Origin: Candidatus Omnitrophota bacterium
GTDB lineage: Bacteria; Omnitrophota; Gorgyraeia; 2-02-FULL-51-18
NCBI GenBank assembly: GCA_945877765.1
Contig: CAMDWQ010000012.1
Location: 1-64,000, forward strand
Direction: 5' to 3'
Length of the DNA stretch: 64,000 bases
Positions 56,157-64,000 of the stretch are shown here, in pieces. How positions within the stretch are numbered: position 1 is the first letter of the stretch; each line of letters opens with the position of its first letter. The notes beneath the pieces were generated by a model. The model worked only from the letters and a program-made list of their open reading frames with translations, did no database searches and was not told the DNA's origin. The position numbers were made by a program, and so were the translations under genes.

Positions 56157-56753
56157 TTATAAGAGATACAGTGCCGGAAAAAGAAAAATCCAGACCAGAT
56201 CCACGAAATGCCAGTACAGACCCGCTGCCTCAACCCGCCCAGTGAATTGTTCAGGGTTAGTCTTCCACATTTTGCTGCCTGGCAGCAAAAGATACGCATT
56301 GACGATAATTCCGCCAATCACATGAAGCCCGTGAAGGCCAGTGATCACAAAATAGATCGCGTAAAAATTGCTGGTGCTGGGAAAGTGATGATGATCAAAC
56401 TTATGCGCGTACTCAAAACCCTTCACCACCAAAAACGCGATCGCCAAAAGAATCGTGATCGTCATGTACAAGCGGAACTTCGAAAACTTTTTAAGCTCCA
56501 GAGACGCCCAAGACATCACCATGGTCACACTCGAGGTGATCAGAATGACCGTGTTCAGCGTCGCTAAAGGCACGTTCAAAACTTCATGGCCGCGAGGCCA
56601 ATCCGTCACGCCGGTGCGAAGAAGGATGTAGGCCGAAAAAAGGCCGCCAAACAACATCACTTCGGAAGCCAAGAATAGCCAGACACCCAACTTCGAATTG
56701 GTAACGCCGCTGACCGGATGCGGTTCAGAAATATAGTGAATTTCAGCAGACAT
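56157..56753 (-). CDS. coxC: Cytochrome c oxidase subunit III
   Basis: 198 aa, polytopic, with conserved His-rich helices (ITGLHGLHVIGG). Its ATG overlaps the coxA stop. Confidence 0.85.
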   Translation of the reverse strand: MSAEIHYISEPHPVSGVTNSKLGVWLFLASEVMLFGGLFSAYILLRTGVTDWPRGHEVLNVPLATLNTVILITSSVTMVMSWASLELKKFSKFRLYMTITILLAIAFLVVKGFEYAHKFDHHHFPSTSNFYAIYFVITGLHGLHVIGGIIVNAYLLLPGSKMWKTNPEQFTGRVEAAGLYWHFVDLVWIFLFPALYLL

Positions 56754-58516
56754 TAATTATTCTCCTTCATCGACTGAGGCCAAAAATCATGCTTCTGCCC
56801 CGGTGTGCTGTACTCGTAAGGACCGCGGTAAACCACGGGCTCTTTCAAAAAATTGCCGTGAGGCGGCGGAGTTGGAGTGCTCCATTCCAGCGTCGTTGCC
56901 TGCCAGGGGTTGTCATCCACTTTTTTCCCCTTAAAAATACTCCCAAAGAAATTAATAATAAAAGGAATCTGCGCCAGCCCTAGGCACCACGCGCTGATGG
57001 AAATAAATACGTTCAAAGGCTGAGTGGGCAGTGCATGCGCATACTGCGTCGGGTCATACAAGCGGCGTGACACTCCCGCAAGCCCCATGATGAGCATCGG
57101 CAGGAAAACACCATTCATAAAAATGAGTGAGAAATAAAAATGAATTTTACCGAGCGCCTCATTCATCTTGCGGCCGGTCACTTTGGGAAACCAATGATAA
57201 ATGCCCGCAAAGAGCGCAAATATCGTCCCCGGCGCCACCACGTAATGAAAATGCCCGATCACGTAATAAGTGTCGTGAAGATGAATATCAGCGGCATTGA
57301 GTCCCAGAGGCAAGCCCGTCAAACCTCCGATACCAAACATCGGCAAAAACGCCAGTGCAAACATCATCGGTACTGTGAAGCGAATCGATGCTCCCCACAG
57401 ACTCAAGATGAGCGTCGTCAAAATAACCACCGACGGAATGGAGATGATCATCGTCGTGATTTGAAAAAAGGTGCTCATCGTCGTCCCCATGCCCGTCAAG
57501 TACATGTGGTGAGCCCAGACAATGAAGGACATAAAACCAAGAAATATCGAAGAATAAACCAGCGCTTTGTACCCATAAAGCGGTTTACGCGTATTGCAAG
57601 CCATGACTTCCGAAACGATACCCATCGCTGGAAGAATCAAGACGTAGACTTCAGGATGCGCCAAAAACCAGAACAAGTGCTGCCAGAGAACAGCGTTTCC
57701 CCCGCCAGCCACCGCCGATACAGCGCCGTTGACGACAAGACCTGACGGCATAAAAAAACTAGATCCCAACAGACGGTCCGACAATTGCAGCACACCGGCC
57801 GCCATGAGCGGAGGAAACGCCAAAAGCAGAAGAAAGGAAGTGACAAACTGCGCCCACACAAAAAAAGGAAGGCGGAAAAAAGACATTCCCTTCGTCCGAA
57901 GCTGTACGACCGTGGTGATAAAATTGACCGAACCAAGAAGCGACGAATTAATCAAAAACACCATTCCGATGAGCCACCACGTCTGCCCGCCTGAAGCAAT
58001 GACGGAGAGAGGTGGGTAAGACGTCCACCCCGACTGCGCAGCACCGCCCGGCACAAAAAAGCTCGCCAGCATCAATATACCGCCGATGAAATAAAGCCAA
58101 TAGCTCATCATGTTAAGTTTCGGAAACGCCATATCCGGCGCCCCAATCTGAAGCGGCAGCACATAATTTCCAAAGGCGCCGACAGACAGAGGCACCACCC
58201 CCAAGAAAATCATGATCGTGCCATGCATGGCACCCAACTGATTATAAAATTCTGGCAGCATAATCCCGCCAATCATGGCCGTATCACTAAACCAGCCGCC
58301 GATAAGAGGTAGCGGCTGCCCAGGATACGCCAACTGCCAGCGCATCAAAGAAACCAGCCCAAAACCAAAAAATAAAAAAATCAGAGACGTAACGGCGTAC
58401 TGCACGCCAATCGTCTTGTGATCAACAGAAAAAATATATTTTTTCCAAAAAGGCATCTTATGCCCGTGCCCTGAATCGTGCGTCTGAGCGACGTGCGAGT
58501 GATCGTGATTTGTCAT
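56753..58516 (-). CDS. coxA: Cytochrome c oxidase subunit I (haem-copper oxidase catalytic subunit)
   Basis: 587 aa, 12 or more TM helices, with conserved His ligands (WAHHMY, HDTYYVIGHFHYV). Confidence 0.95.
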   Translation of the reverse strand: MTNHDHSHVAQTHDSGHGHKMPFWKKYIFSVDHKTIGVQYAVTSLIFLFFGFGLVSLMRWQLAYPGQPLPLIGGWFSDTAMIGGIMLPEFYNQLGAMHGTIMIFLGVVPLSVGAFGNYVLPLQIGAPDMAFPKLNMMSYWLYFIGGILMLASFFVPGGAAQSGWTSYPPLSVIASGGQTWWLIGMVFLINSSLLGSVNFITTVVQLRTKGMSFFRLPFFVWAQFVTSFLLLLAFPPLMAAGVLQLSDRLLGSSFFMPSGLVVNGAVSAVAGGGNAVLWQHLFWFLAHPEVYVLILPAMGIVSEVMACNTRKPLYGYKALVYSSIFLGFMSFIVWAHHMYLTGMGTTMSTFFQITTMIISIPSVVILTTLILSLWGASIRFTVPMMFALAFLPMFGIGGLTGLPLGLNAADIHLHDTYYVIGHFHYVVAPGTIFALFAGIYHWFPKVTGRKMNEALGKIHFYFSLIFMNGVFLPMLIMGLAGVSRRLYDPTQYAHALPTQPLNVFISISAWCLGLAQIPFIINFFGSIFKGKKVDDNPWQATTLEWSTPTPPPHGNFLKEPVVYRGPYEYSTPGQKHDFWPQSMKENN

Positions 58517-59262
58517 GAAGCCGCTTTCTCTTTTTCTTGCTCCGCGTACCAGGAGTCAAATTTTTCTTTAGTTTCCACGGTCAAATACCCCTTCATACGG
58601 TAATGGCCCAAGCCGCACAGTTGAGCGCATGTAATTTCAGAATCACATACCCCTGTGGCTTCAAACCAGACTTTAATCGACTGCCCCGGAATCACATCCT
58701 GTTTGACTCGCATGATCGGCAAAGAAAAACTATGAATCACATCCTTAGAGCTTAAATCAACAATCACCGGCGTATGGACGGGCACATGCAGTTGATTGAT
58801 GGTCGTGATATCGTCTTTAGCCAACGGGTCGTCCTTATCAAGGCCGATGGGATTCTCAGGCGTAACCAACTTCGGATCTCTTCTGCCAAATTGACGATCC
58901 CGTCCCGGATACTGGACATTCCAAGCAAACTGCTCGGCGATGACACGCACATGCATGGCCTTGGACTCATCCAGAGGTTGCTGGCGATAAAGATTCCAAA
59001 TAGGGAATGAAAATGCAACAAGCAAAATAACTTCAAATACCAGCACCCCCACCTCAAGATACGTCGGCAGTTTAAAATGATGCACATGATGCTGGGCGGT
59101 CTGTCCCGGCCGCTGGCGAAAGCGAAACAAAAGATAGACAAAAAAAGTAAACCACCCAATAAACAGCACCGCCATAAAGATATGGATCACCACAATCAGC
59201 CGGTCAATCGCCGCGCCGTGTGTTGAAAAATTAGCCGGTAACCACCATCCGTAATAAGGCAT
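58513..59262 (-). CDS. coxB: Cytochrome c oxidase subunit II (CuA)
   Basis: Two N-terminal TM helices and the CuA site H...CAQLCGLGHYRM. Confidence 0.85.
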   Translation of the reverse strand: MPYYGWWLPANFSTHGAAIDRLIVVIHIFMAVLFIGWFTFFVYLLFRFRQRPGQTAQHHVHHFKLPTYLEVGVLVFEVILLVAFSFPIWNLYRQQPLDESKAMHVRVIAEQFAWNVQYPGRDRQFGRRDPKLVTPENPIGLDKDDPLAKDDITTINQLHVPVHTPVIVDLSSKDVIHSFSLPIMRVKQDVIPGQSIKVWFEATGVCDSEITCAQLCGLGHYRMKGYLTVETKEKFDSWYAEQEKEKAAS

Positions 59263-59362
59263 AAGCTAGCAGATCTCTCCTTTAATAGGCACGCAGTTCA
59301 GCAACAAGGCACAATTATCACTATTTTATGGCCCCAAGTCAATAAAACGTCACGAGGGCAGG

Positions 59363-59419
59363 GGCGCATATCTTCATGCGTATGCGGCCAAAGAAGCGGG
59401 TTTAGAATGGGCAGAAGTA
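59363..59419. repeat. Non-coding, decayed 57-bp duplicate (about 86% identity) of the 5' end (codons about 13-30) of the 564-aa membrane-protein gene at 62846-62902
   Basis: Direct-orientation repeat seen by alignment. In the gene's frame, copy 1 has a stop just upstream and no start codon. Confidence 0.5.
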
Positions 59420-59435
59420 CGTAAAACTCTACGTA

Positions 59436-59723
59436 CTAACGGTTCCAAGTCACATGCCGGTTGTATTTGTGAAGGATGCTTGCGATGAGTGTCTGATACG
59501 GCATTCCTTCCCGAACAGCGGCAAGTTTTAAGCCTTCCAGATCTCTCTGGGAGAGACGAATGTTGATGCGTTGATTCTTGCCTAAGGTATTCTTAGCCGC
59601 TTGAATCAGGCGGCTCTTCTCCCCTTGAGTGAGCTTGACAGGATGCCACTGACCGGCCTCCATCGAACTAAGAAGCTCTTTTTCTTCCTTGTCTAGTTTA
59701 TAAGACTTCATTTTAATCTCCAC
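59436..59723 (-). CDS. brnA: BrnA-family antitoxin (RHH/CopG-like)
   Basis: 95 aa. INIRLSQRDLEGLKLAAVREGMPYQTLIASIL matches the BrnA C-terminal ribbon-helix-helix region. It overlaps the upstream brnT by 11 nt. Confidence 0.75.
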   Translation of the reverse strand: MEIKMKSYKLDKEEKELLSSMEAGQWHPVKLTQGEKSRLIQAAKNTLGKNQRINIRLSQRDLEGLKLAAVREGMPYQTLIASILHKYNRHVTWNR

Positions 59724-59994
59724 CCTCTAAATACTTTTTAGTCCATTTGCGGCTAGGAATAATCGTTTTAAGAATAAACTCATTCCCCTTGTCAATAAAA
59801 GGGACGAGATAAACATAATCCCTTATTTTCACCACCAACATCTTCTGATGAGCGTAATTATCTTTGTTGGGATGATCGAAGACTTCTAACACCTTGTCTT
59901 CCTCTATACAAAGCACCACTTCCTCAAAGGATACTCCCCTTTCGCTAACAAGCTTCGCGTTTTTTGCCTCGTCCCATCGGTAAAGGAGCTCCAT
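59713..59994 (-). CDS. brnT: BrnT-family ribonuclease toxin (DUF497)
   Basis: 93 aa. YRWDEAKNAKLVSERGVSFEEV matches the BrnT N-terminus. The toxin gene precedes the antitoxin, as in brnTA. Confidence 0.75.
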   Translation of the reverse strand: MELLYRWDEAKNAKLVSERGVSFEEVVLCIEEDKVLEVFDHPNKDNYAHQKMLVVKIRDYVYLVPFIDKGNEFILKTIIPSRKWTKKYLEGGD

Positions 59995-60037
59995 AGCTAA
60001 AAGATACCTTGTTGTGTGCCTTTTGTCAACCTAAAGG

Positions 60038-61297
60038 TCACGGGAGTAGGGGGACAAACCTCAAGCTTTCTCGGGATAAAACAAGAAGACCTGCTAACCG
60101 CAGTGACCAGGCGGAAACCAGAAATAGGCTTATATAGATCACCCATCGAGGGATCCGATCAGAAAAATCAACCACTGTTTTCGCGGCCAATACCGCCAAG
60201 GCGGGATAACAAGGCAAAAGATAGCGGTCTTCCAAACCTAGCGGTTTTTTAGTGTAAAGCAAGATCGAAAGCGGGACGATGGTACAAAAAGGCCACCAAA
60301 AAAGTACTCGCGTTTTCTTTTGGATGGCAAATATAGTTAGCAAAAAGCCAGGCGACAAATAGATCAGATCCGCTATATAAAAAAACCACGGACGAGTGAT
60401 TGATCGTAGCCACGCCAAAGATTCTTTAGCGCCAACGACTTCTGGAAAATAAAAAAAAGTGCCATAGTTTTGAAAGACCGCACAAAACCAAGCGCCTGTC
60501 ACCAAAAAAACTGACACTATCCACAAGAGCAGCGATTTCCATTCTCTTGTGAAGAAAATAAAAATTGCGAAGATCGCGCTGGTGCGGGTCAAAATAGCCA
60601 ACCCAAACAGCACCCCCGAAAGCACAACCCTAATCAATGAACGATTCTTCCCTTTCCAACATAAAAAACTATAAAGAATAAGCGTCGCACACATAAGATC
60701 AGACCATACCTTAAAAGTAGTAACCAAAAGCACGGGACTAATCAGACAAAAAAGTACCGCCAAAAGACCTGTCATTTTGTCAAAATACATCTTCCCCAAG
60801 AAGAAGACACCTACCAAGAATAAAACCAAAAAAAGCGCATTGGGGAATGCCGCGTAAAACTGCTCGAAGTGAAACTCGGGCGCTTGGTTTCGCCTGAGGA
60901 GTAGAAAATTTAAAGGTCCATTAAATATCTCATGCGATAAAGCAAGAATCGCTGGAAAAAGGGGCGGATTAAAATAAAACTGGGTATCATAATAGGTGGC
61001 ACCGCTTTTAACCAGAAGCGGCAAAAAGCTCCCATCCTTCATATAACTAATTTTCCAGAAATCTCCGACAGAATCAATAGACAAGTCATGAAGATTATAA
61101 GCTGACGCTCCGGTTGCTTGGATTTTTACCGCCAGAGCTGTATAAATAGTCTCATCATCACTGTCTTTAGATAAAAAAGTGCTTCCCAAAGCGATGCCCA
61201 CTGTTATTACAGCCGCACCCAAAACAAATAACACCCAATTTTTATATTTCATGAGAAAGCTTTCGTATTTTAAAATTGAAAAAATAGAAAAGCGCAA
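60038..61297 (-). CDS. Polytopic membrane protein (419 aa), possibly a GT-C-fold glycosyltransferase
   Basis: About 10 TM helices with one periplasmic loop domain. No definitive motif. Confidence 0.45.
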   Translation of the reverse strand: MRFSIFSILKYESFLMKYKNWVLFVLGAAVITVGIALGSTFLSKDSDDETIYTALAVKIQATGASAYNLHDLSIDSVGDFWKISYMKDGSFLPLLVKSGATYYDTQFYFNPPLFPAILALSHEIFNGPLNFLLLRRNQAPEFHFEQFYAAFPNALFLVLFLVGVFFLGKMYFDKMTGLLAVLFCLISPVLLVTTFKVWSDLMCATLILYSFLCWKGKNRSLIRVVLSGVLFGLAILTRTSAIFAIFIFFTREWKSLLLWIVSVFLVTGAWFCAVFQNYGTFFYFPEVVGAKESLAWLRSITRPWFFYIADLIYLSPGFLLTIFAIQKKTRVLFWWPFCTIVPLSILLYTKKPLGLEDRYLLPCYPALAVLAAKTVVDFSDRIPRWVIYISLFLVSAWSLRLAGLLVLSRESLRFVPLLP

Positions 61298-62936
61298 CGA
61301 GCGCGAAAATGCCTAGCCCTACAAAAATATAATAAAGTTGCCAACCATCCGGCTTGTCATAATAAGCTTCGAGAGTATGCTTCCCTGATGAGAGCGGAAT
61401 CCTCATACATCCCGCAGTGGTAAGATTTTGTCGCAATTCATCCCCGGACAACTCTTTCGAGTCTACTTTCACGACCCACCCCTTCAAATAGAATTGGTTG
61501 ATTAGGGCCGTTGAGGGCGCACTGCATTCCGCGTCAAATTTTATATGGTAACTATTGCTGTCAACTGCTTCAGTCAAGTCCACACCCTGCTCCGCCTCCA
61601 CAAGCGATTTGCTTCCGCGAGGGTAGAATTCAAGAGTCTTTACCGTAACGGGAATATATTCGTTGCTCTGAGTTAAAGTATAAAATTTTTGAAGAGTGCG
61701 CTCCTTGTAAATCTGAAACTCCGCTGGCGCATCTAGTCGCTTAGAATCAATTTTAAATTGATTGGAATGCCATAGCCCGGAAAGAACTACCAAGATAAAA
61801 ATGGCGAGCACTCTATGGACCGTCTTTGAGGGCCATTTTGCATAGGAAATCCCAGTAGCGCAGATAATCTGTAAAATCGCTGTCACAGATAAAATTCTCC
61901 AGGGAAACTGAACAAATCGCAGGATCTGGGCATTTTCCCAGACATAAGAAAACAGCGGTGTCATGAAAACAATGAGAGCGATGTATAGAACATAGCTTGT
62001 AATAATCAGCTTGTTCTTCCTCCCGAGAATAGCCCCAGCGGTTGCGAAAATAAAATGTGGCAAGCCCAGTTGAAACGACATAAGGTCATTCGAATCACCT
62101 CGAGTTGATATGCCAAATCCCCAATCCCGCTTAAAAAATTGAAGAAAATCTACCGTGTGAAGCTCGGCGGAGTAGGGACCTGTTACCGCCAACGAGAAGT
62201 TGACATATTGTTTCATCAAAATTAGAGGGCGCCAATAGGGAGAAGCCAAGAGAAAGCCCGTGAGCACAAAACAAAAAATACCTAGATAGAATTGCCATTT
62301 CAATGGCTTTGAGACTGGGGCTATGAACAAAGCTAAAATACCAAAAATAGGCACGTAAAAAAGAGTCGTGGCCGGATGAGATAAAATAAGCAAACAAATT
62401 GATAACGCTATTCCCAAACCATAGAGCCATGAAGCTTTGGAAGATTCTATGCTTTTCTTGAATTTGAGTAGAAAAAAAATAGGCCATGGGGTAAGAAGCA
62501 TCGCCGTCAACTCGCTCAGCGCTCCCCTCACATACAAATTCACGTATAAATAAGGCGTGAGCAGAAATAAAGCTGCCAAGAATAAACCCGTGATTTTATC
62601 GGATATTTCCCGACCTAACTGATAGACACCGGCCGCACCAATAAATAAAAGAGCCAACAAAGCCCAATGCATCGTCCCTACGGGATAACCAGGCAATAAA
62701 GAAAATGGCAACGCAAAATAGAAAAAAGCTGGCGGATAAAAAACAAACGTCGGATACCCATACCCCCCGCAAAGATCCGGCAACCAGCGGGGATAAAAGT
62801 GTCCCTGCATGGCAGCTTCCTTAAATTGATCCATAAGAAAAATAAAGCGCATATCTTCATGCGTGTGCGGCCAGAGAAGTGGGTTTAAGATAGGTAAAAG
62901 TACTGCGACGGCGAGGAGAAATATTAATATAAACAT
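61242..62936 (-). CDS. Polytopic membrane protein (564 aa), possibly a GT-C-fold glycosyltransferase (ArnT/PMT/YfhO-like)
   Basis: About 12 TM helices plus a C-terminal periplasmic domain and a final TM helix. It overlaps the downstream gene by 56 nt in another frame. Confidence 0.5.
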   Translation of the reverse strand: MFILIFLLAVAVLLPILNPLLWPHTHEDMRFIFLMDQFKEAAMQGHFYPRWLPDLCGGYGYPTFVFYPPAFFYFALPFSLLPGYPVGTMHWALLALLFIGAAGVYQLGREISDKITGLFLAALFLLTPYLYVNLYVRGALSELTAMLLTPWPIFFLLKFKKSIESSKASWLYGLGIALSICLLILSHPATTLFYVPIFGILALFIAPVSKPLKWQFYLGIFCFVLTGFLLASPYWRPLILMKQYVNFSLAVTGPYSAELHTVDFLQFFKRDWGFGISTRGDSNDLMSFQLGLPHFIFATAGAILGRKNKLIITSYVLYIALIVFMTPLFSYVWENAQILRFVQFPWRILSVTAILQIICATGISYAKWPSKTVHRVLAIFILVVLSGLWHSNQFKIDSKRLDAPAEFQIYKERTLQKFYTLTQSNEYIPVTVKTLEFYPRGSKSLVEAEQGVDLTEAVDSNSYHIKFDAECSAPSTALINQFYLKGWVVKVDSKELSGDELRQNLTTAGCMRIPLSSGKHTLEAYYDKPDGWQLYYIFVGLGIFALVALFYFFNFKIRKLSHEI

Positions 62937-63240
62937 ACAATCATTCTACAGGACTTATTTAGGAAAATCTAAAAAAAATATCCTTTGCAGTCTTTTTTAG
63001 ACGTCCTCTAAATCGGGTAAAGTCCAATTTGACCCCTTTCACCCCTTTCCTTTTTTGGCTGTGTTTATAGCTTTCTTGGTTTTTGTTTTTTGAAGAAGCT
63101 GACGATGACGAGAATAAAGGCGATGATGACACAAAAGCGCGTCAGGTCATGAAAGATGTTATTGATTTGGTATTTCATGAGGACGGTGTTGAGCAGAATG
63201 GAGAAAATGAGGAAGATGATGGCGGGTTTACGCATTAATA

Positions 63241-63543
63241 TTATGAGATGCGCGGCGGTTCAAAAAAGATTCCATAAGGATTCTCGATTTGCTTATCTTC
63301 TTTTGTGTATTCGGCCCAATACACAATGTCTCTGTAGTCTTGTTTAGCCTTACAAGTATATTCGAGCAATGTTTTGAGGTTTCCTTCACTTAATTTCAAA
63401 ATCGCCAATTGAACCCTTTCCCGCTCTCCTTCGTGAGATTCTGTACCGTATGTATTTAAAATTTCTGTGACCTTAAAAAAATCTTCTTTTTGAAAAATAT
63501 TTTTAACAGCGGTTAAAACCTGTTCCCTCTTATAAGCACTCAT
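63241..63543 (-). CDS. Hypothetical protein (100 aa)
   Basis: ORF only. Forms a two-gene cassette with the following gene. Confidence 0.35.
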   Translation of the reverse strand: MSAYKREQVLTAVKNIFQKEDFFKVTEILNTYGTESHEGERERVQLAILKLSEGNLKTLLEYTCKAKQDYRDIVYWAEYTKEDKQIENPYGIFFEPPRIS

Positions 63544-63558
63544 GAATATATTCCTTTG

Positions 63559-63885
63559 TCAATTGGCCGGGACCATATAATCTCCAACTTGTTTATAACC
63601 TGCTTTTTTAAGCTGTTCGAGCTCTCTTGCAAAAACAGTTGGTCTGTTAAGTTTTACATCCAACAAATTGGCAGAGCGTTGAGGCGATCCTATATAAAAA
63701 GTCGCGCGTCTATCAATACCCCCCTTAACCCAGACATCGTTCACTTCTATGCTCCATTTAGGATCTTTAAGAATTTGATGATTTTGCCAATATTGAGCAA
63801 TGGCAGTGTCCTCATTACGACCTATTACCATTATATCGTCTGTTAGATTTGCCTGCTTATAAATTTGCCAAGCAAGTAGTGTCAA
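63559..63885 (-). CDS. Hypothetical protein (108 aa)
   Basis: ORF only. Confidence 0.35.
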   Translation of the reverse strand: MTLLAWQIYKQANLTDDIMVIGRNEDTAIAQYWQNHQILKDPKWSIEVNDVWVKGGIDRRATFYIGSPQRSANLLDVKLNRPTVFARELEQLKKAGYKQVGDYMVPAN

Positions 63886-64000
63886 GTTCTATGGACACTT
63901 TCAAGAGTGTCTGTAAATAAAATCTTTCTTGGTTTAGCCTTTTTTGGTGGTTGTTCCTGCCTTTGTTTAGAAAGCTCTTGTATGATACCAAAGACCCAGA

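Noticed and set aside
60038-62936. Treating the 419-aa and 564-aa membrane proteins as one frameshifted gene
   Set aside because: The downstream ORF has its own N-terminal TM helix and start. The upstream one ends in a TM helix and a basic tail. The 56-nt overlap is more consistent with two coupled genes. A frameshift cannot be fully excluded without homologues.
1-64000. rRNA genes, further tRNAs, CRISPR-cas, IS transposases
   Set aside because: I scanned for conserved T-arm (GGTTCGA) contexts, rRNA-like conserved blocks, and DDE or transposase-like ORFs. I found none beyond the tRNA-Ala and its 38-nt partial copy.

Overview
This 64-kb window reads as a bacterial chromosome segment with very strong coding-strand bias: almost every supported gene is on the minus strand. 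Gene order looks Proteobacteria-like, but I do not assign a taxon. Only gene boundaries taken from the six-frame track are exact. My hand-counted motif coordinates disagreed with the track by a base in places, so treat every hand-located repeat and site as approximate (about ±2 nt).

Most of the window is housekeeping:
- a cutA gene, an ExbB/ExbD–TPR cluster, and uvrA;
- a surA-like/pdxA/rsmA block, an N-terminally short mfd, and argS;
- rsfS, nadD, proA, proB, obg, rpmA, rplU, and an RNase E/G gene;
- a type IV pilus locus: pilM, pilN, pilO, pilP, pilQ, a pilin, pilC, two tandem PilB-type ATPases, and a standalone GspE-N domain protein;
- mreB, mreC, mreD, mrdA (PBP2) and rodA;
- aroA, an RluA-family pseudouridine synthase, lgt, lspA, a DksA/TraR-like gene, and ileS;
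- yggT, proC, yggS, and a four-gene aa3-type cytochrome oxidase operon.

At the right end there is a BrnT/BrnA toxin-antitoxin pair, two large GT-C-like membrane proteins, and two small unknown genes.

The main feature is at the left end. A roughly 7.6-kb integrative island (about 178..7799) sits in a tRNA-Ala(CGC) gene. A 38-nt exact direct repeat of tRNA nucleotides 1-38 marks each junction. A tyrosine integrase lies 8 bp from the intact tRNA, followed by an AlpA-type excisionase-like gene. The cargo has no family assignment I can make by eye:
- a 438-aa protein and a 75-aa small conserved-looking protein;
- a 137-aa membrane protein;
- a start-codon-degraded XRE HTH regulator on the plus strand;
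- a two-gene module: a 420-aa protein followed by a 395-aa protein with an N-terminal SEC-C zinc motif and a possible E-x-K nuclease-like motif. This is my best candidate for an undescribed defence or toxin system.

The island also carries candidate arm-type repeats near both ends and a perfect 10-bp palindrome in its 850-bp non-coding arm.

Other structure worth a look:
- a twice-repeated 66-bp element next to the island;
- a compound palindrome between uvrA and the TPR gene;
- three tandem 24-bp repeats at the start of pdxA;
- a 21-bp perfect inverted-repeat (MITE-like) element between lspA and the dksA-like gene;
- a decayed 57-bp duplicate of a gene's 5' end flanking brnTA.

I see no rRNA, CRISPR array or cas gene.
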